A stretch of 64,000 bases of DNA. Origin: Bacteroidales bacterium. Lineage in GTDB: Bacteria > Bacteroidota > Bacteroidia > Bacteroidales > UBA3824. The notes beneath the pieces are model-generated. The model was not told the DNA's origin, searched no databases, and worked only from the letters and a program-made list of their open reading frames with translations. Shown in pieces: positions 1 to 10,437 of the stretch. The stretch covers positions 12,307 through 76,306 of the forward strand of contig JAKSUC010000003.1 of NCBI GenBank assembly GCA_024413595.1. The letters are read 5' to 3'. The position numbers and the translations under genes were made by a program. Within the stretch, counting starts at the first letter, position 1. Every line of letters begins with the position of its first letter.

Positions 1-1300
1 CACGTTTGTTTTCATTAACTTTTCGTTGATTGTAATAAATGCCTGAAACAGTGCTTAATGGAAACGCATTACGCATTTTTCTGAACGAACCAAAACCAGT
101 TTGAAATTCGTAATCTTCGTCTTTAGGATAAAAACAATCGGGGTCAGTAGAGTCCATCCACCAAGCATCAACGCCCATATCGTGCATTTTTTTAAGATAT
201 TTCCAATAAATATCTTTAGCTTTTTGTTGAAAAGGATTATAAACCTTAACTCCAGAAGGATAATCCATAACAGGAGGCCAAATATGCGAAATACCACTTT
301 GAGGCCATGTGTCAAATGTAAAAAGTAAATTATCTTTTTCAAGTTCTTTAAATTGTTGAGTCATCGGACCAAAACTAGCCCAAATAGAAATCATTAAATG
401 AGCGTCTAAATTGTGAACTTGATCAATCATTTGTTGACCATTTGGAAAATTTTCACTTAAAAAATCCATAGCATTCCATAAGTAATTGTTTCCCCAATAT
501 TGCCAATCTTGAATAATACCATCAAGAGGAACATTTAATTCACGATATTTTTCAACAACTTCAACAGTTTCGAATTGAGTTTTATATCTTTCTTTACTTT
601 GCCAATAACCAAAAGTCCAACGAGGGAACATTGGAACTGAGCCAGAAAGAGTTCTCATACAAGCATTTACGCCGTCTGGAGTTTTGCCGTACATAAAATA
701 ATAATCAATACAAGTTGCTACTTCACCAGAAATTGTCATAATACCATCTTTTTCAGTATAATAACCGCGAGAATAATTATCCCAAAAAATTCCGTAGCCT
801 TTTATTGATTGTATAACGTTCTGAAAATCTTCAAGATTAGATTGTTCTATCAAAGTTTCAGTATTATTTCTTTCAAGTTTTCCATTTTGAATAGTTCCTA
901 AACCATAAACAAATTCATCTTTGTCGAGGTTGAATGATTGAGAAATTTTAAAATCACCTTTGTCAGTGCCGTTTAAAATAGGAGTGAAGTTAAATTCTTT
1001 TTCCGAAAGGAGTTTTTCGTTTTTTGAAGTAAATTCTACATTACCAGTTTTTTTGTTAACTACAACATTTAAAACATTGCTTGAATAGGTTTCAAATTCG
1101 TTGCTAATAGTTTTTTTTACAGCAACATTTTGAGGATTTAGAGTAACCACAAGACTATTTTCTACACCTTTAGAATTTTGTGGTATTTTTGTAACACGCA
1201 CAATTTCAGGAGTGTAAAATTGCACCTTTACGTCAGGAATTTGAGCTATTGCCGTTGAAGTACTCAGCAATAAAATTAAACTAAAAATTTTTGTTTTCAT
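1..1300 (-). CDS. Glycoside hydrolase family 31 (alpha-xylosidase/alpha-glucosidase type), 5' part only; C-terminus lies left of the window
   Basis: Absent from the ORF track because no stop lies in the window. My translation of the minus strand from ATG (complement of 1298-1300) stays open to position 1. It reads MKTKIFSLILLLSTSTAIAQ (signal peptide)...FPRWTFGYWQSKERY...IIQDWQYWG...GVDAWWMDSTDPD (GH31 nucleophile-region motif). Colinear with the GH31 at 17338..19947. Confidence 0.85.
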   Translation of the reverse strand, partial: MKTKIFSLILLLSTSTAIAQIPDVKVQFYTPEIVRVTKIPQNSKGVENSLVVTLNPQNVAVKKTISNEFETYSSNVLNVVVNKKTGNVEFTSKNEKLLSEKEFNFTPILNGTDKGDFKISQSFNLDKDEFVYGLGTIQNGKLERNNTETLIEQSNLEDFQNVIQSIKGYGIFWDNYSRGYYTEKDGIMTISGEVATCIDYYFMYGKTPDGVNACMRTLSGSVPMFPRWTFGYWQSKERYKTQFETVEVVEKYRELNVPLDGIIQDWQYWGNNYLWNAMDFLSENFPNGQQMIDQVHNLDAHLMISIWASFGPMTQQFKELEKDNLLFTFDTWPQSGISHIWPPVMDYPSGVKVYNPFQQKAKDIYWKYLKKMHDMGVDAWWMDSTDPDCFYPKDEDYEFQTGFGSFRKMRNAFPLSTVSGIYYNQRKVNENKR

Positions 1301-1348
1301 AAATCGTTGAATTTAAATTGATTAAGTTTTAGTATTAAAGTTATAAAA

Positions 1349-1385
1349 ATATATTTAGCGTAAGAAAAACTTACGCTAAATATAT
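1349..1385 (-). terminator. Rho-independent terminator downstream of the GH97 gene
   Basis: Inverted repeat atatatttagcgtaag / cttacgctaaatatat with a 5-nt loop. On the minus-strand RNA it is followed by a U-run (plus-strand aaaaat at 1343-1348). Confidence 0.7.
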
Positions 1386-1394
1386 AAATTATTG

Positions 1395-3278
1395 TTATTC
1401 AATTACAATAACAAAACCACCTCTTTCTTTGCAATTGATAGATTTAGGTAGATTGTTAATGTCAGAATTAGAAATATTCCAAGGATTTTCAGCATTTTCG
1501 CCATCAAGGAAAATAGTTGATTTAGAGCAATTTCCAAGATTGATTTTAGACCAATCAATGTTGATTTCTTGAGCATTGTCTAAACCATTGATACCAGCAA
1601 CAAACCATTTACCTTCAAATTGTCTTGCCATTACAACAAATTTAGCAGGATAACCATCTAAAAGTTTGGTTTCGTCCCAAACAGTAGGAAGATTAGTGAA
1701 GAAATCTTGAACTTGTTGAGGTTGAGAAAGATAAGAAGAAGGACGGTCGGCAAGATGAAGCAATCCCGACTCAAACAAAACTGTCAACGCAAGTTCATGA
1801 GCGTGAGAAGTTATGTGAGGATGTTGAGAGTCGGTAAAAGTACAAGGAGTATAATCCATAGAACCAACAACGCCACGAGTAAAAGGAATTGTTGCGTTAT
1901 GAGCAGCAGCTTTGTTAGTTAAAAATGGAGCATTGTTATACCATTCAGCACCTAAAATAGCTTCAGTACTTAACAAATTAGGATAAGTACGTTGCCAACC
2001 ACGAGGCATTGTTGCACCGTGAAAATTAACTGTAAGATTGTGTTTTGAAGCACTTTCCATCAAATCGATGCAATATTCCATTGCAGATTGTTTATCACCT
2101 TCAAAAAAGTCGATTTTAGCACCTGCAATTCCATTATCTTGAAGCCATTGAAATTCTTTTTCACGGTCTTCAGGTTTGTTTAATTTGTATTTAGGAGTTG
2201 GAGCCCAATCAATCCAATTTGTTGTTGAATTATACCAAATTAGTAGTTTTACACCTTTTTCGTTAGCATATTTTATAGCATCGTTGATGTCGCCACCATT
2301 TTTCATTTCGTCCCATTCTGCATCAATAAGCATGTAAGGAAGTTTTAAAGTTGATGCCATATCAATATATTGCTTAACAATTTGAAAATCATTACTTCCG
2401 TGATTATAAGCCCAATAAATCCAAGAAACAACACCAGGTTTAATCCAATCAGTATTTTCAACTTTGCAAGGTTCAGAAACGTCTGTAACTAATGTTGCCT
2501 CAACGATATCCGCTAAATTTCCGATAATTGCTACACGCCATGGAGAAACCCAACCGTTAAAAGTTGTGGTTTTGTTTTCACCATTACAAATTTCGTATTC
2601 ATTTGCTTTTTCAGAAGTTTTAATCCATGAAGCACTGTTATATTTTTTAACATCAGCTTCGGTTAAAAGAACAAAAATACTATCAGAATATTCAAACAAA
2701 GAAGGGAAAGCCCAAGGTTTTCCTGCTTTTTGTTCTGCATTTAAAGGAAAGAATTTTTCGTAAGAAACGTCATAATCTTGTAGCCAATTGTTGATTGAAT
2801 TAGACATATTGAAAATAGTATTTTCACTAGTAGAACAACCATTTTCAAAACCTTCAACGGTTACATATCTGAAAACTACACCATTGTTATAAGCACGAAA
2901 AACAATGTCAAATTTATTTCCATTGCTATTGCTAAAATGATAAGTTCGTTCGTTTGCAGCGTTTGAACAATTTCTGCGTTTACCCATAATCATTGAATAA
3001 TTGTCGGTTATGGGTTTAGTTTCAGACACATTTTCTAATTTAATGTCACCAGCTTTAGCTGAGTCTGGAAAAATTGCAGATTTTGTAATATCGATAACTT
3101 TAGTATTGTTGTAAGTAACAGAAAATAAGTTGTTTCCGTCATTATTTTGACAAAAATCAACAGAAATTTTTCCGTTTGGTGCAGTAACTAAATTTGCATT
3201 TTTGTTTGAACAACTTATCAATAAAAATGCAGACAAACATATAGTTGCACCAGAAATTTTTAATAAGTTAGCATTCAT
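1395..3278 (-). CDS. Glycoside hydrolase family 97 (SusB-like alpha-glycosidase), lipoprotein
   Basis: 627-aa ORF with lipoprotein signal (FLLISC). Motifs YMLIDAEWDE, GAKIDFFEGDKQ and VNFHGATMPRGWQRTYPN resemble the GH97 catalytic domain. Recognised by recall only. Confidence 0.7.
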   Translation of the reverse strand: MNANLLKISGATICLSAFLLISCSNKNANLVTAPNGKISVDFCQNNDGNNLFSVTYNNTKVIDITKSAIFPDSAKAGDIKLENVSETKPITDNYSMIMGKRRNCSNAANERTYHFSNSNGNKFDIVFRAYNNGVVFRYVTVEGFENGCSTSENTIFNMSNSINNWLQDYDVSYEKFFPLNAEQKAGKPWAFPSLFEYSDSIFVLLTEADVKKYNSASWIKTSEKANEYEICNGENKTTTFNGWVSPWRVAIIGNLADIVEATLVTDVSEPCKVENTDWIKPGVVSWIYWAYNHGSNDFQIVKQYIDMASTLKLPYMLIDAEWDEMKNGGDINDAIKYANEKGVKLLIWYNSTTNWIDWAPTPKYKLNKPEDREKEFQWLQDNGIAGAKIDFFEGDKQSAMEYCIDLMESASKHNLTVNFHGATMPRGWQRTYPNLLSTEAILGAEWYNNAPFLTNKAAAHNATIPFTRGVVGSMDYTPCTFTDSQHPHITSHAHELALTVLFESGLLHLADRPSSYLSQPQQVQDFFTNLPTVWDETKLLDGYPAKFVVMARQFEGKWFVAGINGLDNAQEINIDWSKINLGNCSKSTIFLDGENAENPWNISNSDINNLPKSINCKERGGFVIVIE

Positions 3279-3295
3279 AATATTTTAAAATTCAA

Positions 3296-4324
3296 TTATT
3301 TAACGCCTTCTTTTGTTTGATTAACAAATTGCATAGTACCATCTTCGTTGTATTTAATTTCGTCAACGCAAACCGAACGACGACCAATAGCACCGTTAAT
3401 TCCATCGATAGAAAGAGTTGCATTGTGATAAAATAAAAGCCATTTGCCATTAAATTCTATGATACCAGGGTGAATAGTAAAACTATTTTCAGCTTCGCCA
3501 GTTAATTGACCTTGAGGAGTCCAAGGACCAAAAATTGAATTAGAAGTTGCATAGTCGATAGCTTCTTGCATATTTCCATGAGAAGCGTAAGTTAAATAAT
3601 AAATAGAGTCTTTTTTGTGAAGCCATGGACCTTCAGTATATTTAGGAACGTCTACAATCATAATACTATCAGCAAGTTCAATCATGTTAGGATTAAGTTT
3701 TGCCATAAAACAAGTACCATTTCCCCAACATAACCAATTGTCTTCACCATCAATAAGAATTGTAGGATCAATGTCGTTCCACCAACCACGAGGACCGTTA
3801 ACAGTCATTGTATCGCAGATTAATGGTTTTCCAATAGCATCTTTAAAAGGACCAGTTGGCGAGTCACTTACAGCAACACCTACGCAATATCCAGAATAAG
3901 GAGCTTGACCTTGACAAGTTACAAAATAATAATATTTACCATTTTTTTCAACAGCTTGAGCAGCCCAAGCTGTACCAACTTTAGGAGTAATAGTGTCAGC
4001 CCAAGCAAAATTTCCAGGACGAAAAACAGAACCGTGATCTGTCCAAGTTTTCATGTCGCTTGTAGAATAGCAAAGCCATTCTGTTATGTTAAATTCTTTA
4101 CCACCAGAAGCAGAGTCTTGACCTTGATAATATTCGTCATGACCTACATATAAATAAAGTTTTCCATTAGAAACCATTGGTGCAGGATCTGCTGTAAATT
4201 TATCTTTTACAATAGGATTTCCTGTAAATTCAAAAGTTTTTTCTGTTGAAGTTTGTTGTTGAGGTGTATTATTACAACTAGCAACAACTGCACATAATGC
4301 TATTAAAAAAAGATTTTTTTTCAT
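3296..4324 (-). CDS. Glycoside hydrolase family 43 (arabinofuranosidase/xylosidase type), lipoprotein
   Basis: 342 aa with lipoprotein signal (VVASC). FTADPAPMVSNGKLYLYVGHDE (GH43 N-terminal Asp motif), EGPWLHKKDSIYYLTY, WLLFYHN. Only 17 nt from the GH97 gene, so probably co-transcribed. Confidence 0.85.
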   Translation of the reverse strand: MKKNLFLIALCAVVASCNNTPQQQTSTEKTFEFTGNPIVKDKFTADPAPMVSNGKLYLYVGHDEYYQGQDSASGGKEFNITEWLCYSTSDMKTWTDHGSVFRPGNFAWADTITPKVGTAWAAQAVEKNGKYYYFVTCQGQAPYSGYCVGVAVSDSPTGPFKDAIGKPLICDTMTVNGPRGWWNDIDPTILIDGEDNWLCWGNGTCFMAKLNPNMIELADSIMIVDVPKYTEGPWLHKKDSIYYLTYASHGNMQEAIDYATSNSIFGPWTPQGQLTGEAENSFTIHPGIIEFNGKWLLFYHNATLSIDGINGAIGRRSVCVDEIKYNEDGTMQFVNQTKEGVK

Positions 4325-4548
4325 TGTATGAATATGTTTTAAATAATAGAATTTTCAACTTTGGATTGAGTTAGCTGATTTTAGGTTATAAAAATATAAA
4401 AAATCGTTTAAAAGTATGTTGATTTAAGTATTTAAAATGTTTTCATATCTATAATACAAACAATTAAATAAGTAATAAATAAATCGTAAAATATAAAAAT
4501 AATATTAAGTGTATTTTTTTGAAAAAAGTCTAAATTGTTCTAAAAAAT

Positions 4549-4577
4549 GTTGTCGAGAAAATTTTATTCTCGACAAC
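4549..4577 (-). terminator. Rho-independent terminator downstream of GH43-CBM6 gene
   Basis: Perfect 11-bp inverted repeat gttgtcgagaa / ttctcgacaac with a 7-nt loop. The minus-strand RNA continues AUUUUUUA. Confidence 0.8.
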
Positions 4578-4589
4578 AAATATAAATAT

Positions 4590-5966
4590 TTATTTAAATG
4601 AAATCCAATCTATTTCAATATCTTGAGTTTGAGCTGTAATCTTTAAATCACAAATTCCTTTAGGTGAATTTTTTACTGGGAAAGTTTGTTCTGTAAATTG
4701 ATTATTTCCTTTAAGTTTTACTTCTGTAATCACATTACCTTTTAAGTCACTGATAGTAACCTTACCACCTTTAGCAGATTTGTAATTGATAATAACTTTA
4801 GCAGCTCCTTGTTCAAAATCAACACGATTATATTGAACATAACTACCAGCTTTAGCAAAAGTAGTTTTCCAACCTTCAAAACGTTTTGTAGTATCAGCAT
4901 TGTTTTCGTATAGATAACTGATTGAAGCACCGTCTGATATAGAAGAATAACGGTCGATTTGAATTTTTTCAGTAGCTTTGTTTATGCCAACACCACGAAG
5001 AGTTGGTTTAACTTGTTGAATTGTTCCATCAGGATTAAAAAACAAACTGTCAACGCATGCCGAACGACTTTTGTCGAAGTTTGGAGAATAATTATTGTGA
5101 TGATAGAACAAATACCATTGACCTTTGTAATTAACAACAGATTGGTGAATTGTCCAGCAATCAGGCCATTCTTCCAAAATTAAACCTTTATATTCGTAAG
5201 GTCCCATTGGATTTTTGCTCATTGCATAACCAATAACTTCGGTGTTGTTTCTTACGTAAGGATAAGTAAGATAGTAATTTCCGTTGTATTCAAAAGCGAA
5301 AGGACCTTCAGCTTGACGAGAAGGCAATCCATTAAGACAGTTAACACCAGTCATTTTGAATTCACGATCTCCAAATTTTACAATTTCAGTAGGTGTATCT
5401 TCAGCAAGTTCAATCATATTATCTTTTAATTTAGCACATCGACCAGCTCCCCAAAAGATATAGCTATTTCCATCGCTTGCTTGTAAAACACAAGGATCAA
5501 TACCAGAAATTCCTTCTATGTTTTTATCTAAAACGGTGTATGGACCTTCAGGATTGTCGGCAACTGCAACGCCAATACCGAAACCAAAACCAGTTTTTGG
5601 AGCATCTGGAAAATAAAAATAATATTTACCATCTTTTTCGATGCAATCTGGAGCCCACATACTATAAGCGTCTGGTTTTCCCCATGGTACTTGTTTTTGG
5701 TCAAAGATTTTGCCATGGTCTGTCCATTCGGTCATGTTTTCTGAAGAAAAAACATGATAATCTTCCATACAAAACCAATCTTTACGAGGAAAATCTTCTG
5801 CAGAAGCAGGAGGAATATCATGAGATGGGTAAAGATAAATTTTACCATTAAAAACTCTTGCCGTTGGATCGGCAGAAAATTGGTTACGAATAATTGGATT
5901 TTGTGCAAAAGTTGGCATTGTTGCCATTGCCAAACCAATCATCATAAGCTTTTTAAAATTAATCAT
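4590..5966 (-). CDS. Glycoside hydrolase family 43 with C-terminal CBM6-like module
   Basis: 458 aa with signal peptide. NQFSADPTARVFNGKIYLYPSHD, EGPFAFEYNGNYYLTY and GQWYLFYHH indicate GH43. The last ~130 aa (IQIDRYSSIS...VQYNRVDF...IDWISFK) look CBM6-like. Confidence 0.85.
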   Translation of the reverse strand: MINFKKLMMIGLAMATMPTFAQNPIIRNQFSADPTARVFNGKIYLYPSHDIPPASAEDFPRKDWFCMEDYHVFSSENMTEWTDHGKIFDQKQVPWGKPDAYSMWAPDCIEKDGKYYFYFPDAPKTGFGFGIGVAVADNPEGPYTVLDKNIEGISGIDPCVLQASDGNSYIFWGAGRCAKLKDNMIELAEDTPTEIVKFGDREFKMTGVNCLNGLPSRQAEGPFAFEYNGNYYLTYPYVRNNTEVIGYAMSKNPMGPYEYKGLILEEWPDCWTIHQSVVNYKGQWYLFYHHNNYSPNFDKSRSACVDSLFFNPDGTIQQVKPTLRGVGINKATEKIQIDRYSSISDGASISYLYENNADTTKRFEGWKTTFAKAGSYVQYNRVDFEQGAAKVIINYKSAKGGKVTISDLKGNVITEVKLKGNNQFTEQTFPVKNSPKGICDLKITAQTQDIEIDWISFK

Positions 5967-6142
5967 AGTAGTTGTATTTTTTTTATTAAATAAGTGTGGA
6001 ACAAATTAATTAAAACTTTTATGTCAAGTTGACCATTCGTGAGCAGAACCTTGCTTAAAAAAAGCATAGTTTTTACTCTTTGAAAGAGTCTTATAAATCG
6101 TTTACAAAAAAAATGGTTTGAGATATGTTGAACTAATTTTAT

Positions 6143-6171
6143 TGTTACATGTTATTTTGCTGATGTTACAT
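6143..6171. promoter_or_regulatory. Direct repeat TGTTACAT-N13-TGTTACAT in the promoter region of the GH43-CBM6 gene (candidate operator)
   Basis: tgttacat at 6143-6150 and 6164-6171, a 21-bp period. It lies between the HTCS terminator and the GH43 start at 5966. Confidence 0.35.
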
Positions 6172-6260
6172 TTTTGACTTTTTTAATTCTGTAACTATTT
6201 TGAAACGAATTTATAAAAAAGGTTGATATCTGTTTTTAACAAGTAAGTTATGAAGCAAAA

Positions 6261-6290
6261 AAAAATCTGCATAATAAAATGCAGATTTTT
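6261..6290 (-). terminator. Rho-independent terminator downstream of the HTCS gene
   Basis: aaaaatctgcat / atgcagattttt perfect 12-bp arms with a 6-nt loop. A U-run follows on the minus-strand RNA. Confidence 0.8.
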
Positions 6291-6311
6291 TTGTATAAAA
6301 TTATTTACAAA

Positions 6312-9300
6312 TTATTCACTTTTTTTTGTTTCGCTATTTTCATTGTTGTTAGAATTATTAGCATTTTCAGAATTATTTTCATGTTCTTCGCTAATTTGGC
6401 TTTCTTTCCATTTACTAGGAGTTGTTCCGTAAAGGTTTTTAAATGCAGTACAGAAATAAGCAGTATTAGGAAAACCAACCATATCAGCAATTTGAGCCAC
6501 CGAAAAACTTTTATTAAGAATTAATTCAGAAGCACGTTTTAATCTAATATTTCTAATAAATTCAGAACCTGTTTGGTTTGTTAATTCTTTAAGTTTTCTG
6601 TATAAATGAACTCGACTTAATCCCACTTCTAACGCTAAAGTTTCTGTAGAAAATTCAGTATTTCCTAAATTCTTTTCAATAGCTTTTAAAATTTTGTTCA
6701 TCAATTTTTCGTCTGGATCAGAACGAGATTGAAGTTCGGTACTAAACGCATTTTCAGGAGATTGTCCACCTTTATAATTTACTTTGAGTTGATGACGAAT
6801 ACTAATCAAATTTTTAATAGTTTGTTTTAAAACGTCTATATTAAAAGGTTTAGTAATAAACGCATCAGCACCACTTTGAAGACTAGAAATATTAGCTTCA
6901 TCATCAGTTTTAGCAGAAATTACAATAACAGGAATATCGTTAAGATTAATGTTTTGTTTAATTTTTTTACACAAAGCTAAACCATCCATTCCAGGCATCA
7001 TTAAATCAGTGATAACAGCTTCAGGTTGAGAATTAAATATTTCGTCAAGAGCTTTTTCTCCATTATTACAGAATGTTGTAATATATTCATTATCAAGTTC
7101 TTGAATAATTAATTCTGCAATTTCAGGTTCATCTTCAACAAGAATAATTTTCTTTTTAACAGCAACAGATTTAATGTTAGGAGTATCATTATCTTGATGC
7201 TGATTAATAATATCTTGAATAGCCTCAATGTCATCTTCTTTGTTAGGTTTAGGTTTTTCGTTATTTGTTTTGATAATAGGTTCAACTTCTGCAATTAAAT
7301 TCATAGGAAGTTCTAATTTAAAAATAGCACCAGTTCTGTCTGTTCTATTTTGAGCAGAAAGTGAACCATGAAGTAATTCTGCCAAAGATTTAGAAAGATC
7401 AAGTCCAATTCCTGTACCTTGTTGAACATTAGAAGAGTTAGCTTGATAAAAACGTTCAAAAATATGGCTAATATCATTAGCATTAATTCCGCAACCTTGA
7501 TCAATTACTGAAATTGATAATTTATCATCGTTAGTTACTGTAATAATTTCAATTTCGGAGTTTGAAGGTGAAAATTTAACTGCATTTGATAATAAATTGG
7601 TAATAATTTTTTCTAAAGCCGACGAGTCGGTTACCATAAAAAATTCTTTAGGCAATTGGTTATTAAATGTAAGTTTTATTTTTTTAGACTCACATTTTGA
7701 ATTAAAAATATCAATATTATCTTGAATAATTTTTTCAATATTATAATTTTTTAAATGGAGAACCATTTTACCATTATCAATTTTTCTAATATCTAATAAA
7801 CTATTAACTAAATTGTGCATTCTATCAACACCTTTACAAATAGTAATTAAATCTTTTTTGTTGTTTTTGTCGGAGTTTGTAGCTACAATTTTTTGCAACG
7901 GACCTACAATCAAAGATAATGGAGTTCTTATTTCGTGAATAACATTTGTAAAAAATCTTAGTTTTGCTTTATCAGACTCTTGTGTGTGTATATGTTTTAA
8001 AATCTGTTGTTTAGTTAAAATATGACGATGAATTAAAACAATAATTAATAATATTATTGATAAAATTACAATAGTATAAATAATTTTAGCTAGCGTTGTT
8101 GAATACCAAGCAGGATGTATTGTTACTTTTATAGTATATTTATCAGACGCAATTCCATTTGTTGAACTATAAATACTAATATTATAAACGTCAGGATTTA
8201 ATCTAGGAAATATTAATTGTCTATTATGTTGAGCAATCATACATGGTTGTTCGTTATTAACTTGATAATAATATTCTGTGTTTGGTGATGAAAAAAAGTC
8301 AATTGGTGTAAATTCTAAAGAAAAAGAATTTTGATTATATAACAAATCATATTCTTTTGATTTCCAAGTAGGAAGTTTGGTTATTTGATTAGAAAAAGTA
8401 GTATCAATTGGATTTACAGAACGATTTCTAAGATAAAATCTAGTAATTTTTACACCATTGTTTTCTCTAAGATTTTTTCTAGTATCTTCTGGTTTAAAAT
8501 AAGTAATACCATCAAAACCACCAAAAAACAAAAATCCATTTTCTGATTTACAAACTGCGTTTTTAGTAAATTCTTCATTTACAGTGCCATCAATAACAGA
8601 ATAATTTTTGATTTTATAATCATTATTTCCAAACAAAGTGATGCAATAAATACCATCATCTGTGCCAGCCCAAATATTATTAAGATTATCTTTTTCAAGA
8701 GAATAAATAGCAGAAGTTGTTGGTAAATCGATATGTAACGACTCGTAAGTATTTGTAATATTATTATTTTTAATAATAAATAATCCTTCAGAAGTTCCAG
8801 CAACAATTTTATCTTTGCTTATTGTTAGAAGAGAGAAAATTATAGTTCTTTCAAACATGTGTTTAAAAACTTGTTTAGCATTATAATTTTCAACAAAATA
8901 AATTCCATTGTAAGTACCAGTTGCAAATCCAGTTGTTCCAAGAGGCGTAATACATCCTGCCCAATGATTTGTACTTGTATTAATATTTTTGTAAAATTCT
9001 TGTTTATCGTTATTTATATTTAAAAATCCAACTCCACCTCCCATAGTAGAAAAAATCAATCTATCATTTGTAAGTTGTTTAATTTGAGAAACTCTACTAT
9101 AATCAGTATCAGAATTTTCGTTAATAAGAGGAATATTATGATAATCAAAATTTTGAGCATCAATTTTCCATAAACCTCTTCCATAAGTTCCTACATAAAC
9201 ATATTTGTTGTCGATAGGAAATAATGACATTATTAATTCAGGAAAATTATTTCCATTTAAATGTTTTATTTGTTGTTTTGTTTTAGGATCAATAATATAT

Positions 9301-10406
9301 ATTCCATCATTATCTGTTGCAACCCATAACAAATTGTTACAAAAGCAAATAGCGCTAACTCCACTTTGTCCAATAATATTGTTAGTTGCAGATTTATGTC
9401 CAATATAATTAAAAATTGTTTTGTATGTTGGTAATACTAAAACTCCTTTTTGAAATAATCCCAACCACAAATTTTTGCTTTTGTCAATAAAAATAGAGTG
9501 AACTTTTATCTTTTGATCGTCTAATTCTGGAATAGACAAAGAATAATGTTCGATAGTACCTTTTTCTAAATTAATAAGTTTTAAGCCATTTCCATCAGTA
9601 CCAGCAAGAATTTTGTTATTTCCAAACGAACTGCAACAAAAATAAGAAGCTTCGCTTTTAATTTGAGGTCTTATGATGTAAGTAAAAGTATCTAATTTGT
9701 TGTCATATTTTAAAATACTATTATCAAGAGAGCATGCTAATAAAGTACCTAAACTATCAAGAAAAAAAGTTCGAGATGCAATTTTGTTTTCATCGTTGTT
9801 ATATCTACGAACAGAACTTTCTGTTATTTTCATTATTGAAGCAGTAATATCCGAAGCAAAAAGATTATGAGAACTATCTTCAATAAGATAATCTAAATTA
9901 GCCACTTTATTATTTCCAGGCAAAATAAAAGGCATTGAAATAGGATTACCTAAACTATCAATTTTTATAGAACAAGGAGAGTCGCCTAATGCTAATATAG
10001 TTCCATCATGAAGTTCTGTAAAACTCATAATAGAATAATTATAATTAGTACCATCTAATCTAGTTGCAGGTTTTGAAAAACTATCAGTTAAAGGATTATA
10101 AATTTGAAAACCGTTATAAGTTCCAACATATATAATACCTTTACTATCAACAAAAACATCTCTTATAAAATTGTGCGCCAAAGAGTTAATATTTCCATTT
10201 TCGTGACGATATACTTTTATTTTGTTTCCATCAAAACAATTTAATCCATTTTCAGTAGCAATCCATATTAAACCGTCTTTATCTTGAGTTACTTTATTAA
10301 TTAAGCTACTTGAAAGGCCTTCATTGGTTGTTAATAATTTGTATGATTGCGCATAACTTACTACACTAAATATAATTAATGATAGTATTGCAAAAATCTT
10401 TTTCAT
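6312..10406 (-). CDS. Hybrid two-component system sensor kinase/response regulator with AraC-type output (HTCS, PUL regulator type)
   Basis: 1364 aa. Signal-like N-terminus, long periplasmic propeller/Y_Y_Y-type repeats, TM helix (IIYTIVILSIILLIIVLI). H-box FFTNVIHEIRTPLS; ATPase boxes LLSNAVKFSP, DQGCGI, GTGIGL. Receiver ILVEDEPEIA...DLMMPGMDG. AraC HTH LSRVHLYRKLK...GFPNTAYFCTAFK. Confidence 0.92.
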   Translation of the reverse strand: MKKIFAILSLIIFSVVSYAQSYKLLTTNEGLSSSLINKVTQDKDGLIWIATENGLNCFDGNKIKVYRHENGNINSLAHNFIRDVFVDSKGIIYVGTYNGFQIYNPLTDSFSKPATRLDGTNYNYSIMSFTELHDGTILALGDSPCSIKIDSLGNPISMPFILPGNNKVANLDYLIEDSSHNLFASDITASIMKITESSVRRYNNDENKIASRTFFLDSLGTLLACSLDNSILKYDNKLDTFTYIIRPQIKSEASYFCCSSFGNNKILAGTDGNGLKLINLEKGTIEHYSLSIPELDDQKIKVHSIFIDKSKNLWLGLFQKGVLVLPTYKTIFNYIGHKSATNNIIGQSGVSAICFCNNLLWVATDNDGIYIIDPKTKQQIKHLNGNNFPELIMSLFPIDNKYVYVGTYGRGLWKIDAQNFDYHNIPLINENSDTDYSRVSQIKQLTNDRLIFSTMGGGVGFLNINNDKQEFYKNINTSTNHWAGCITPLGTTGFATGTYNGIYFVENYNAKQVFKHMFERTIIFSLLTISKDKIVAGTSEGLFIIKNNNITNTYESLHIDLPTTSAIYSLEKDNLNNIWAGTDDGIYCITLFGNNDYKIKNYSVIDGTVNEEFTKNAVCKSENGFLFFGGFDGITYFKPEDTRKNLRENNGVKITRFYLRNRSVNPIDTTFSNQITKLPTWKSKEYDLLYNQNSFSLEFTPIDFFSSPNTEYYYQVNNEQPCMIAQHNRQLIFPRLNPDVYNISIYSSTNGIASDKYTIKVTIHPAWYSTTLAKIIYTIVILSIILLIIVLIHRHILTKQQILKHIHTQESDKAKLRFFTNVIHEIRTPLSLIVGPLQKIVATNSDKNNKKDLITICKGVDRMHNLVNSLLDIRKIDNGKMVLHLKNYNIEKIIQDNIDIFNSKCESKKIKLTFNNQLPKEFFMVTDSSALEKIITNLLSNAVKFSPSNSEIEIITVTNDDKLSISVIDQGCGINANDISHIFERFYQANSSNVQQGTGIGLDLSKSLAELLHGSLSAQNRTDRTGAIFKLELPMNLIAEVEPIIKTNNEKPKPNKEDDIEAIQDIINQHQDNDTPNIKSVAVKKKIILVEDEPEIAELIIQELDNEYITTFCNNGEKALDEIFNSQPEAVITDLMMPGMDGLALCKKIKQNINLNDIPVIVISAKTDDEANISSLQSGADAFITKPFNIDVLKQTIKNLISIRHQLKVNYKGGQSPENAFSTELQSRSDPDEKLMNKILKAIEKNLGNTEFSTETLALEVGLSRVHLYRKLKELTNQTGSEFIRNIRLKRASELILNKSFSVAQIADMVGFPNTAYFCTAFKNLYGTTPSKWKESQISEEHENNSENANNSNNNENSETKKSE

Positions 10407-10437
10407 TATCTTCGAATTGGTTAATCAAAATTCTTTA

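Noticed and set aside
55-342. ORF-track entries 55..342 (-) and 101..328 (+)
   Set aside because: Both lie inside the GH31 reading frame that spans 1..1300 on the minus strand. Their translations are low-complexity with no motifs. They are by-products of AT-rich sequence.
6250-6524. Short ORFs 6250..6432 (+), 6279..6524 (+) and 6305..6490 (-) around the HTCS 3' end
   Set aside because: They overlap the HTCS C-terminus and its terminator hairpin (6261-6290), and their translations are hydrophobic junk.
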